Positions 11,585 through 20,286 of a stretch of 43,791 nucleotides of DNA are shown one piece after another. Source of the DNA: Myxococcota bacterium (lineage in GTDB: Bacteria > Myxococcota_A > Polyangia > JBBTFH01); NCBI GenBank assembly GCA_038041915.1, contig JBBTFH010000022.1:6569-50359 (forward strand), in the 5' to 3' direction. Position numbers and translations under genes: made by a program. The first letter of the stretch is position 1, and every line of letters starts with the position of its first letter. The notes under the pieces are model-generated. The model saw nothing but the letters and a program-made list of their open reading frames with translations. It ran no database searches and was not told where the DNA came from.

Positions 11585-13153
11585 TCAAGGGGTTGCCCTC
11601 CCCGTCGCCTGGCGGAGGCGCGCCGCGCGGCCGGCGGCCACGCGCCCGGCGTCGATGGGGAGGCGCGCCAGCGAGTCGAGCAGGCGCAAGGCGTCATCGG
11701 TGGCGCCGCTCCGCGCCAGCGCGTCGGCCAAAGCCAGCCGGCACTCGACGTCGCGCGGTCGAGCGGCGCAGGCGCGCCGTAGCGCGCCAACGGCCTCGCC
11801 ATGCCGCCCGAGGCTGCCGAGCGCGGTGCCCTCGTTGAACCAGGCATCGGCGAAGGACGGGTCGAGCGTTCGGGCCACGCGCAGCTCGTGGAGCGCCTCG
11901 TCGATCCGGCCGCGCTCGGCGAGCACGGCGCCCAGGTTGGCGTGAGCGCGCGCGGATGCCGGCGAGACGCGCGTGGCGTCGGCCCACAGGTCGAGCTCGT
12001 CGGCCCACACCCGGGACCGCCGCGCGGTCGCCGTGCAAAGCACGAACGCGAGCGTCACGGCCCCGGCGACGGCGATGGCCGGGCGCGCACGCGCCGCGAC
12101 GCGCTCGAGCGCGATGGCGACCGCGACGATCGGTCCGACCGACGGAAAGTAGAGGTGGCGTTCCGCGAGCACGTCGGCGAACGGGACGATCGAGTTGGTC
12201 GGCGCGATCGTGACGGCGAACCACCCGATGGCGAGCGCGAGCAGCGGCGCCCGCCCGCGCGCCGCGGCCCAGGCCCACAGCGCGAGCGCGGCGGCCACGG
12301 TCAGCGCCGGCAGAACGAAGGACGGCTCGAACCAGCCGGCCGGCAGTGGCAGCGCGTGCTCGACCGTCTGCCCGACCGGCCACACGAGGAGACGCGCAAG
12401 CGAAAGGATCGCGGCCGGCTCGGCACGCAGATGCGCGGCGGCTTGCGGAACGGACGCGCCGATCGTGCCGGCGTGCGGGCTCGGGAAAACGGCGAAGATC
12501 AGCGGGAGCGCGAGCGCCGCCGGCACCAGCAGCCACGCGCGGCGGCGCGGCGCGCCCGCACGCGGCAGCACGACCAGCCACGCGAGCGGCGCGAGCACCG
12601 CACCGACCTCCTTGGCGCCCACGCAAGCGACGGCGAGCAGCGCCGCCGCCGCGCCACCCAGGCGCCCGAGGCCTGGACGCGCCGCGACGAGGAGAGCGCC
12701 GAGGCCCAGGAGCGTGCACAAGATGCCCGAACGGCTGTTGACGTAGGCGACCGACTCGACGTGCACGGGATGGAGCAGGAAGATGCTCGCGGCCAGCAGC
12801 GCCGCGGGAGATGCCGCGCCCAGGCGCCGGGCGAGCAGCGCCACCAGCGCGCCGCACGCGAGATGAAGCGCCAGGTTGGTCGCACGAAACGGCAGCGGCC
12901 GCACGCCGAAGATTCCGGCGTCGAGCGCGAGCGAGAGGTTGTAGACGGGACGCGTTCCCTGCCAACCCGAGAAGAGCACGCCGACCAGATCTCCGGGCTT
13001 GCGAAGCGCCGCGTTGCGCGCGACGTGAGGGAGATCGTCGAAGACGAACGGCCCGCGGAGAGACGGTGCGTAGGCCAGCACCGCGAGCGCCGCACCCGCG
13101 GCGAAGGTCGCCGCCGCGACACGGCCTTGGATCGCTAGGCTTCCTCGATCCAC
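11585..13153 (-). CDS. Polytopic membrane GT-C-type glycosyltransferase-like protein with C-terminal TPR repeats (paralogue of 2119-3588)
   Basis: Track ORF 11585-13492 trimmed, because its 5' part overlaps the cyclophilin gene out of frame. Candidate starts are GTG 13153 or GTG 13081. Contains [15 protein letters not shown] block, many TM helices, and TPR repeats at the C-terminus ([30 protein letters not shown]...). Confidence 0.75.
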   Translation of the reverse strand: MDRGSLAIQGRVAAATFAAGAALAVLAYAPSLRGPFVFDDLPHVARNAALRKPGDLVGVLFSGWQGTRPVYNLSLALDAGIFGVRPLPFRATNLALHLACGALVALLARRLGAASPAALLAASIFLLHPVHVESVAYVNSRSGILCTLLGLGALLVAARPGLGRLGGAAAALLAVACVGAKEVGAVLAPLAWLVVLPRAGAPRRRAWLLVPAALALPLIFAVFPSPHAGTIGASVPQAAAHLRAEPAAILSLARLLVWPVGQTVEHALPLPAGWFEPSFVLPALTVAAALALWAWAAARGRAPLLALAIGWFAVTIAPTNSIVPFADVLAERHLYFPSVGPIVAVAIALERVAARARPAIAVAGAVTLAFVLCTATARRSRVWADELDLWADATRVSPASARAHANLGAVLAERGRIDEALHELRVARTLDPSFADAWFNEGTALGSLGRHGEAVGALRRACAARPRDVECRLALADALARSGATDDALRLLDSLARLPIDAGRVAAGRAARLRQATGRATP

Positions 13154-13614
13154 ACGCGGCGCATGATGTCGCCTGCGCGGATCTTCTGGACGACGTCCAA
13201 GCCCTTGACCACGCGACCGAAGACGGTGTGCTTGCCGTCGAGGTGCGGCTGGGCTCCTCGGCACACGAAGAACTGGCTGCCGCCCGTGTCGGGGCCCGCG
13301 TGCGCCATCGAGAGGCTGCCGTCGAGGTGCTTGTTCGGGTTGATCTCGCACTTGATCTTGAAGCCGGGCCCGCCGGTGCCGTTGCCGACCGGGCAGCCGC
13401 CCTGGTTGACGAAGCCCTCGATCACGCGGTGGAAGGTCAGCCCGTCGTAGAAGGGCCGCTTCACCTTGCCCCCGGTCTTCGGATCGGCCCATTCCTTGGT
13501 GCCGGCCGCCAGTCCGACGAAGTTGGCGACCGTGTTCGGCGCGTCCTTCTCGTAAAGCTCGATGACCATCTCACCGCGATCCGTCTCGATGTGCGCTTGC
13601 TTCATCCTCGTCAT
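13135..13614 (-). CDS. Peptidyl-prolyl cis-trans isomerase, cyclophilin type (no signal peptide)
   Basis: [30 protein letters not shown] and [12 protein letters not shown] signature blocks. Confidence 0.9.
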   Translation of the reverse strand: MTRMKQAHIETDRGEMVIELYEKDAPNTVANFVGLAAGTKEWADPKTGGKVKRPFYDGLTFHRVIEGFVNQGGCPVGNGTGGPGFKIKCEINPNKHLDGSLSMAHAGPDTGGSQFFVCRGAQPHLDGKHTVFGRVVKGLDVVQKIRAGDIMRRVWIEEA

Positions 13615-13626
13615 CCTCCTCTTGCG

Positions 13627-14928
13627 CTAACCCGCCAGCGCCTCCGCCGGCTCCATTCGCGCCGCGCGCCGCGCGGGAACGAAGGCGCCCGCGAGCGCGC
13701 AGACAACCGCGAGCGCGACGGAGCCTAGCAGAAGCGCGGGCGGGAAGTGAAAGTAGGTCGCAGGCTTGAAGGGAAAGTCGGGTAGCGCGCGCGCGGCGCA
13801 GAAGTCGCAGGCGCGGGCCGCCGCCCAGGCGAGCGCGAGGCCGCCGACGCCGCCGACGAGACCGACCACGCCCGCCTCGCCCAGCACGATCGCGCGCACG
13901 TCGCCGCGGCTCGCCCCGACCGCGCGCAACACGCCGATCTCGCGACGACGCTCGGCGACGATCATCAGGAACGTGTGCGCCACGCCGAGCGCCGAGACCA
14001 CGATCATCGCCACGCTGATCAGCGCGAACAGCAGCGTGCCGAGCGTGACGAACAGGCCGACCCGCTCGGCCTCGGACTCCGCTTGCTCGAGGCCGAGAGA
14101 CTTCACGTGCGCGACGAAGGACGTCGCGTCGCGCTTGTCGCGCACGCGCACGACGATGCTCGAGTACTCGCGCGCCTCGCGATCGCCCGCCCATCGCGCA
14201 TTCCAGCGCCGCACGTAACCGAGCGGCACGGTCATGCCGAGCGTCATCGCCTTGTCGCTGATGCCGACGAGGCGGAAGCGGCGCTGCGCGGGCGCGGCGC
14301 GCGACGAGGTATCGCCGAGGTACGAGCGGCCGAGCTCGACGGTGAAGGTCACGCCGTGAAAGCTGCTCGTCATCCAGTCGCGGATGAGCGGCCAGCCGTG
14401 CGCCTTTGCGATCGAGCCGTTGTAGAGCTCGAGCAGGTGTCGCGACACGATCACGGGCACGGGCCGGTCGGCATCGGACGTGTCGGCCTCAAAATCGGAA
14501 AACTCTCCTCCCGGCAACTCGCCGGCGACCAGCCGCGGGTCGATCCCGTCGAGGAATCCCGACACTTCGAAGGCGAAGTCGCGCCCGAGCAAGCTCTTGC
14601 CACCCCATCCGCGCGCGGGAAAGGCCAGCTTCATCTTGGGGTGAACGGCGCGCACGTCCGGTCGCCCGGCGAGCCGGCGCGCGACGCCGTCGTCGAGCTC
14701 GACGCGGCGGCCGAGGAGGTCAGCCGCGAGGCTCGCCCTCGGCGCTACCACCTCGAGGCGGTCGAGCGGGAAGATCTCGCCGAGCAGAAGCCGCCGTGCC
14801 CCGGCGCCGAGCGCGAGGAAGAAGGTGAGCGTCCCGATCCCGACGACGATGCCGGCGGACGCGAGCGCGTGGGAGCGCGCGTGACGACGAAGATTCTCGC
14901 CGACCAGCCGCGCGAGCTTGCGGTTCAC
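13627..14928 (-). CDS. ABC transporter permease, FtsX/MacB-type
   Basis: Track ORF 13627-15660 trimmed to GTG 14928, which overlaps the ATPase stop (GTGA). N-terminal TM, large extracytoplasmic domain and a C-terminal FtsX-type helix bundle. Confidence 0.85.
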   Translation of the reverse strand: MNRKLARLVGENLRRHARSHALASAGIVVGIGTLTFFLALGAGARRLLLGEIFPLDRLEVVAPRASLAADLLGRRVELDDGVARRLAGRPDVRAVHPKMKLAFPARGWGGKSLLGRDFAFEVSGFLDGIDPRLVAGELPGGEFSDFEADTSDADRPVPVIVSRHLLELYNGSIAKAHGWPLIRDWMTSSFHGVTFTVELGRSYLGDTSSRAAPAQRRFRLVGISDKAMTLGMTVPLGYVRRWNARWAGDREAREYSSIVVRVRDKRDATSFVAHVKSLGLEQAESEAERVGLFVTLGTLLFALISVAMIVVSALGVAHTFLMIVAERRREIGVLRAVGASRGDVRAIVLGEAGVVGLVGGVGGLALAWAAARACDFCAARALPDFPFKPATYFHFPPALLLGSVALAVVCALAGAFVPARRAARMEPAEALAG

Positions 14929-15626
14929 GGCACGATCCTCCCATCCTCGAGGCGAATCGTCCGGCTGGCGGCGCGGGACACGCGCTCCTCGTGGGTGACG
15001 ACGACCAGCGTCAGGCCGTCCTCGGCGACGATGCGGGAGAAGAGCGCGATCACCTCCTCGCCCGTGTCGGCGTCGAGGTTGCCGGTCGGCTCGTCGGCGA
15101 AGACGATCGACGGCCGCGTGAAGAGGGCGCGCGCAATCGCCACGCGCTGCCGCTGGCCGCCCGACAGCGCCCCCGCCTTCGTGCCGGCAAGCGAGCCGAG
15201 CCCGACGCGCGTGAGGGCCGCGCCCGCCCGGCCGCGGGAATCCCGATCGTCGGCGGACGCCGCGGCGAAGAAGCTCGGCAGCCGCACGTTCTCGAGGCAG
15301 GTGAGCGGCTCGAGCAGGTTGAAGCACTGGAAGACGAAGGCGACCCGCTGGTTGCGGAAGCGCGAGAGAGCGCGATCCGGCAGCGCGGCAAGGTCGAACC
15401 CCGCGACGCGAGCGTCGCCGCGGTCTGGCCGACACAGGCCGCCGGCGACGTTGAGCAGCGTGGTCTTTCCCGAGCCGCTGCGGCCATTGATCGCCACGAA
15501 CTCGCCCGCTTCCACCCGCAGCGACAGGCCGCGCAGGACCGGCTGGCGGCCATACGATTTCTCGATGCCCTGCAGCTCGATGATCGGCGCCGGCAACGCG
15601 GCGGATATAGCACATGGACTGGACAT
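14925..15626 (-). CDS. ABC transporter ATP-binding protein (LolD/MacB-type)
   Basis: Walker A GRSGSGKTT, signature LSGGQRQR, Walker B IVFADEPTGNLD and H-loop VVTHE. Start ATG 15626 (alternative 15641). Confidence 0.9.
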   Translation of the reverse strand: MSSPCAISAALPAPIIELQGIEKSYGRQPVLRGLSLRVEAGEFVAINGRSGSGKTTLLNVAGGLCRPDRGDARVAGFDLAALPDRALSRFRNQRVAFVFQCFNLLEPLTCLENVRLPSFFAAASADDRDSRGRAGAALTRVGLGSLAGTKAGALSGGQRQRVAIARALFTRPSIVFADEPTGNLDADTGEEVIALFSRIVAEDGLTLVVVTHEERVSRAASRTIRLEDGRIVP

Positions 15627-15697
15627 GGCTCGTCCGGGCATCCGCGTGATAATGTGGCAACGTTCGTCGTGTCGTCGTCGATAATCAGAGTGGACGC

Positions 15698-16015
15698 ATG
15701 AAGATCCAAGGCCCCGGCGATACCCCGCCTGCCTCGCCGACCGAGGCCGGCGGCGCGGAGGCTTCCGCGCCCGTGGCTGCCACCGAGCCGACACGCGAAG
15801 CGGCCGGGGTCGACGCGCTGCGGGCGCTCGCGGAGGATCTGCGCACGGGTCGGATCACGTCCGGGCAGGCGCTCGACCGTCTGGTCGAACGCGCGGTCGC
15901 CCAGGTTGCGGGCGCTGCCAGTTCGGACACGCTCGAGCGACTGCGCGCCGCGCTGCTCGACCTCGCGACGCGCGACCCGATCCTCTCCGAGAAGCTGCGC
16001 CGGCTCGACCGTTAG
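15698..16015 (+). CDS. Small hypothetical protein (105 aa), the only plus-strand gene in this block
   Basis: ATG start and good GC3. Disordered Pro/Ala N-terminus followed by helical repeats. No family recognised with confidence. Confidence 0.5.
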   Translation: MKIQGPGDTPPASPTEAGGAEASAPVAATEPTREAAGVDALRALAEDLRTGRITSGQALDRLVERAVAQVAGAASSDTLERLRAALLDLATRDPILSEKLRRLDR

Positions 16016-16047
16016 CCGTCCGACGGGACGCTCCGCGAACGCCGCGG

Positions 16048-17514
16048 CTAGAAGCTCGCCTTCGCGCCCAGATAGATCTCGTCGTTGCGATCGTAGAAGG
16101 CGCCGAGGCTCCCTTCGCGTCCTTCGAAGACGTGGGCGCCGGCGCGCAGCGACCACGTATCCGACACGCGATAGACGACCTGCGGGCTCGCGACCAGCGA
16201 CCGGCGCGTCGCTTCGAGCACGGCGAGCGCGCGCAGCTCGAGATCGCCGTCCATGAGCGCCCAGCGCAGCAGCAACGCGGCGCCGTAGAGACTTGGACCG
16301 CCGAAGAGCAACTCCTGCCCCTCCGGGTCCTTGAGCATCCGCTGGTGGAACGCCTCGGCGTGCAGCACCACGTCCTCGACACCCGCGTACTCGACGCCGA
16401 GCGTGGTGTCGACCGCGCCGCTGTCGATCGACGGACGAAAGTGTTCGTCGTCGATCGAGCGCAGCGGGAAGGCCCCGCCGAGCGGGTACTCGCGGCGCGG
16501 CGTGAAGGCGCCGTCGGCGCGCACGCCGAAATCGCCGAGGTTGGTGCCAAAGCTCGCGCCCGCTGATAGCGAGCGCCGGTAGTACGCGCGATACCCCGCG
16601 CGCGCGGCGTCGAAGTCGCCGGCGGCGAGCGCCGCGAACGCGTCGGCGTCGATCTCGATCGTCGGCAGACGCGCCCATCCGTAGAAGACCTGCGCCGCGA
16701 CGTCGTAGCCGCCGGCGCTCGAAGAGAGGCGCGCGCCCACGGATCCGTTCGCGGCCGTCTCGTCGGGCATCTCCGTCTGCAGCAGCACGGGCTGCGCCTT
16801 ATCCTCGATCGAGTCGTCGATCGAGTCGTCGAGCGCGTCCGCGAAGCCGCGCAGCGCCGCCGGTGCGCCCGGGCCGAAGAGCGCCCAGTCGCCGCCGAAG
16901 AGATCGACCCGGTCGGCGCGAAAGAACGGCACCCACAGCGCCTCCGCCGAAAGCGGACCTACCGGCGCGCGCGCGCGCAGCGCCACGACCGGAAGCCGCG
17001 CCGTCTCCGGCTCGAGGGAGACGCCGTGTCGGCGGTCGCGTGGGTTCACGACGTCGTTCGGGTTCACCAGATCGTTTTGACCCCAGACGACGATCAGGTG
17101 TCCGGCGGTGAGCGCGACCCGCGCAAGGTCGGCGTCGACGAACGCTTCGCCCAGCGTCGCCTCGTGCTCGGCCTTCCAGCGCTCGCCGTTCGCAATCACG
17201 AGCGCGTCGTCTCCGCGCTCGCCCGTCAGCCACCAGTCGAGCCAGCCGTCGAGGTGCAGCCTGAGGCGCGAGACGCGGTAGTCGGCGCGCGCGAAGGCCT
17301 GCGCACGGAGCGTCATCGCGTCCTCGCGCACGTCCGTCTCCTGCACCGTGTCCTGCGCAAGCTCCGTCGAGAAGAAGCCCCCGGCCTGCGCCTCGGGCGC
17401 GAAGCCCTCGGCCGCAGAGCTAGAGCCGCGGCCGGGGCCGCCCTCGTCGTCAGCGATAATCTCGATCTGCGCGCTTGCCGCGGTCGCGACGAGCGACGCG
17501 AGCGCACGGGACAC
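16048..17514 (-). CDS. Putative outer-membrane beta-barrel protein (DUF1302-like by recollection)
   Basis: Track ORF 16048-18087 trimmed to GTG 17514, which overlaps the upstream TAG by 1 nt. Signal-like VSRALASLVATAASAQ. Block HLIVVWGQNDLVNPNDVVNPRD. C-terminal ...YLGAKASF (terminal aromatic residue). Confidence 0.7.
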   Translation of the reverse strand: MSRALASLVATAASAQIEIIADDEGGPGRGSSSAAEGFAPEAQAGGFFSTELAQDTVQETDVREDAMTLRAQAFARADYRVSRLRLHLDGWLDWWLTGERGDDALVIANGERWKAEHEATLGEAFVDADLARVALTAGHLIVVWGQNDLVNPNDVVNPRDRRHGVSLEPETARLPVVALRARAPVGPLSAEALWVPFFRADRVDLFGGDWALFGPGAPAALRGFADALDDSIDDSIEDKAQPVLLQTEMPDETAANGSVGARLSSSAGGYDVAAQVFYGWARLPTIEIDADAFAALAAGDFDAARAGYRAYYRRSLSAGASFGTNLGDFGVRADGAFTPRREYPLGGAFPLRSIDDEHFRPSIDSGAVDTTLGVEYAGVEDVVLHAEAFHQRMLKDPEGQELLFGGPSLYGAALLLRWALMDGDLELRALAVLEATRRSLVASPQVVYRVSDTWSLRAGAHVFEGREGSLGAFYDRNDEIYLGAKASF

Positions 17515-18299
17515 TAGCCCTGCTCGAGCTTCTGGACGGTGAAGTCGCTGACCGGGATGTCGTCGCGAAAGTCGATCTTCTCGATCACGAACGTCGTCGC
17601 GTGCGACTTGTCGGCCGCCTCCATGCGCGACTCGGTAATGACGATCTTGCCCTCCACCGTCTCGATGCGGCTTACGGAGAGCGTCTTCACGAGCTTTCCG
17701 CCGGCGCCGTAGAAGCGCGTCCTGACGCCGACGCCGTTGTCCTGCCGAATCCACGTCTCGAGGCGCGCATACGGCGATCCGGCGCCCTTTTGCGGGGTGG
17801 CCTCGATCACCCAGCACGGCTTGCCGGGGTGCCTCACCCCGTCCGACGGGACGCAAGCGGCCTCCTCTCCCTTCAAGCGGTAGCTCGCCTCCTCGATGTC
17901 GCGTCCCTCGAGGTCGGCGTAGGAAAAGTCGCTGCCCATGAAGCTCTGGTTCTTCTGGCCTCCGCTGATGCGCCGCACGCGGCGCAGCGCGGGCAGCCAC
18001 AGGAACTGGTCGTCGTCGCGTCCTTTGTTCTCGATCAGCAGGAAGCGCGTGCCGGCGACGTCCGCGGGAGAGAGGAAGTTGACCCACGAGCGCGCGAGCC
18101 CGCCCTCGGCGCGGCTTTTCACGTAGAGGCGCCGGTCGCGCTTCTCGCCGCGCTTGTTCTCGAGCACCATGCGCACCTGCATCTCGGCGCCACCCGTGCG
18201 GAAGGCGACGTGATCGAGCGAGCGCCGGACGATCGCCGCCGGGTCCTCGGCCGCCGCCACGCCGGCGGCGAGCACCGCCGCGAGCACGCGAGCCGTCAT
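17514..18299 (-). CDS. LolA-like outer-membrane lipoprotein-sorting family protein
   Basis: Track ORF trimmed to ATG 18299 (MTARVLAAVLAAGVAAA signal). Blocks FLWLPALRRVRRISG and SFMGSDFSYADLEGR match my recollection of the LolA_like family. ATGA overlap with the upstream gene. Confidence 0.8.
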   Translation of the reverse strand: MTARVLAAVLAAGVAAAEDPAAIVRRSLDHVAFRTGGAEMQVRMVLENKRGEKRDRRLYVKSRAEGGLARSWVNFLSPADVAGTRFLLIENKGRDDDQFLWLPALRRVRRISGGQKNQSFMGSDFSYADLEGRDIEEASYRLKGEEAACVPSDGVRHPGKPCWVIEATPQKGAGSPYARLETWIRQDNGVGVRTRFYGAGGKLVKTLSVSRIETVEGKIVITESRMEAADKSHATTFVIEKIDFRDDIPVSDFTVQKLEQG

Positions 18300-18586
18300 G
18301 GCTCGTCCCGCTGGTTCATTCCCGCCGCGGTGTGGCGCGCCACCAGCTCGCGCGCGTGTGGCGAGAGGAACACGGCCTCGAGATCGAAGGTTGCGAGGGC
18401 ACGCGCGAGAACCGACACCTTCTCGCCCGGCGACGATCGCCGGTCGACGATCACGCGCCACTCGCCCTTCACCTTGCAGAGCCCGCCACTCGACATCCCT
18501 TCGCCGGTCAGCTCCGCGTAGACGACCTTCACGCCGACCTGCGCGCACGCGGCCTCGAGCTCCTCCTGGATCTTCGCGAGATTCAT
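18296..18586 (-). CDS. Small hypothetical protein (about 96 aa), translationally coupled on both sides
   Basis: ATG 18586 has AAGGAG 5-6 nt upstream; an in-frame GTG 18592 overlaps the upstream TGA. The stop overlaps the LolA-like ATG. No family recognised. Confidence 0.6.
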   Translation of the reverse strand: MNLAKIQEELEAACAQVGVKVVYAELTGEGMSSGGLCKVKGEWRVIVDRRSSPGEKVSVLARALATFDLEAVFLSPHARELVARHTAAGMNQRDEP

Positions 18587-18588
18587 GT

Positions 18589-20271
18589 TCACTCCTTCTT
18601 CTCCTCTTCCGCCGCCGCCTTGTCGAGGTCGAGGATCTCGGTGCCTCCGACGTACGGCTTGGTCTCGTAGCGGGTGATTCTGCCGATCTTGCGCACAATC
18701 TCGGCCATGCGCTCCGCCTCTCTCGCGATCGTGTCGATCGCGGGGCGCTGCGGATCGTCGGCGGCGATGCGCCGCCGCACCAGCTCGGCGTAGGCGAGGA
18801 TCGACGTCAGCGGTTGATTGAGCTCGTGCGCGGTCGTGCCGGCGAGTTGGGTCACCAGCGCCTGCTTCTCGCTGATCTCAAGCTTCTCCTGCGCGTGCCG
18901 CAGGCGCTCGGCGGTGCGCAGGTGCTCGCGCAGGTCCGAGAACACGCCGATGGTCGCGACCTCTTCGTCGCCCTCGTGGACGATCGCGGCGGCGAGCTGC
19001 ATCGGGATGATCTCGCCCGACTTTGAGAGCCCGTCATGGCGGCTCTCGACGATCCGTCCGCGTCCGCCGTGCTGCGCGCTGCGCAGCAGGCGCATCACCG
19101 CCTGCGCGCCGCCCGGCGGATACAGGCGTTCGACGGAGAGCCGGCCCACCACCTCGTCGGCGCTGTGGCCGTAGATGCGTTCGGCCGCCTTGTTGAAGAG
19201 GATGATCGTGCCCTCGCGATCGGCCGCGACGATGCCGTCGGGCGCCGAGTCGATGAGCTTGGCGAGGAAGTCTTTCGTGCGGCGCAGATCGATCTCCAGC
19301 GCGCGCGCCTGCGTGACGTCGCGGAAGTGGAGCAGCGCGACGTGCGAGTCCGAGAGCAGCGTCCCGATCGACGCCGAAACGACGAGCGGATCGCCGCTGG
19401 TCGTGCGCAGCTCGAGATCGAAGCTGGCGAAGCGCGCGCCACCGGCGGCCTCGCGCAGCATCTCGATCAGCATGCCGCGGTGGTGCTCGGCGACAATCGC
19501 GCTGAACGGCTGGCCCACCAGGCCCGTGCGCGAAAACCCGGTCATCTGAACGCCGGCGCGGTTCAGATAGATGATCAACCCTTCGGCGTCGAGCACGACC
19601 ATGCCGTCGGGCGCGGTCTCGAAGAGGTCGCGGTACTGCGCGAGGGCGCGGATGCGGCGCTCGGCCTCGATGCGGCTCAGCGCCACGCGATTGGTCTGTT
19701 CGCTGATCGCCTCGCGAAAGCGCGCCCCCGACAGCGCCAGGCCGAGCGCAGCCGCCGCGATTCGGCCGATCGTCTGGCGCGCCGGATCCAGGTCGGGCCG
19801 CTTCTCGCTGCGGCGGAAGAGCAGGACGGCGCGTGGGTGGCCCTCGACCAGCACCGGGAAGAGAAGCAGCGAGCCGATGCCGCGCGCGGTGATCAGCGCC
19901 GAGACTTCCTTCAGAAGGGGGTGATTGGGCGCGTCCTCCACGACCAGCGGCTGCGTCGACTGCAGCACGGCGGCGACCTCCGGGTAGCGGTCAAGCGCCA
20001 CCCTCAGGCGCGCGAGCGCCGGCTCGTCGCTGGCCGCGACGACGTGGAGCGTCCCCGGCTCTTCGCCGCGCAGGAACACGCTGCCGGTGTCCGCCTCGAG
20101 CGCGTCGCACGCGCGCGCGATGAACTCGTGCAGCGCCTGGCGCGCGTCCGCGCCGGTCGACAGGGCCTCGCAGATCGCCAGCGCCGTCGCCTCCAGTCCG
20201 GCGGGCTCGGAGAGCTTGCGCGTGGAGCGCGGCGTCGGAGTCCGGTCAAGCTCGGTGGTCTTGTGGTCCAT
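18589..20271 (-). CDS. GAF-PAS-PAS-HisKA signalling protein with no recognisable HATPase_c domain
   Basis: GAF-like N-terminus and two PAS-like modules (DGMVVLDAEGLIIYLN..., DGIVAADREGTIILFN...). H-box TAHELNQPLTSILAYAELV. The protein ends about 60 aa later (RITRYETKPYVGGTEILDL...EEEKKE*). Confidence 0.85.
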   Translation of the reverse strand: MDHKTTELDRTPTPRSTRKLSEPAGLEATALAICEALSTGADARQALHEFIARACDALEADTGSVFLRGEEPGTLHVVAASDEPALARLRVALDRYPEVAAVLQSTQPLVVEDAPNHPLLKEVSALITARGIGSLLLFPVLVEGHPRAVLLFRRSEKRPDLDPARQTIGRIAAAALGLALSGARFREAISEQTNRVALSRIEAERRIRALAQYRDLFETAPDGMVVLDAEGLIIYLNRAGVQMTGFSRTGLVGQPFSAIVAEHHRGMLIEMLREAAGGARFASFDLELRTTSGDPLVVSASIGTLLSDSHVALLHFRDVTQARALEIDLRRTKDFLAKLIDSAPDGIVAADREGTIILFNKAAERIYGHSADEVVGRLSVERLYPPGGAQAVMRLLRSAQHGGRGRIVESRHDGLSKSGEIIPMQLAAAIVHEGDEEVATIGVFSDLREHLRTAERLRHAQEKLEISEKQALVTQLAGTTAHELNQPLTSILAYAELVRRRIAADDPQRPAIDTIAREAERMAEIVRKIGRITRYETKPYVGGTEILDLDKAAAEEEKKE

Positions 20272-20286
20272 TACCCCGAGGCGCTC

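Noticed and set aside
13154-13492. 5' extension of the GT-C/TPR ORF (the track gives 11585-13492)
   Set aside because: It overlaps the cyclophilin gene in another frame and is Arg/Pro/Gly-rich. Homology to the paralogue 2119-3588 begins only around 13130.
15698-16015. Possible FlgM-like anti-sigma factor (MKIQGPG... start, helical C-terminus)
   Set aside because: The resemblance is limited to a few residues and general composition, and there is no flagellar or sigma-28 context. It is kept only as a hypothetical protein.
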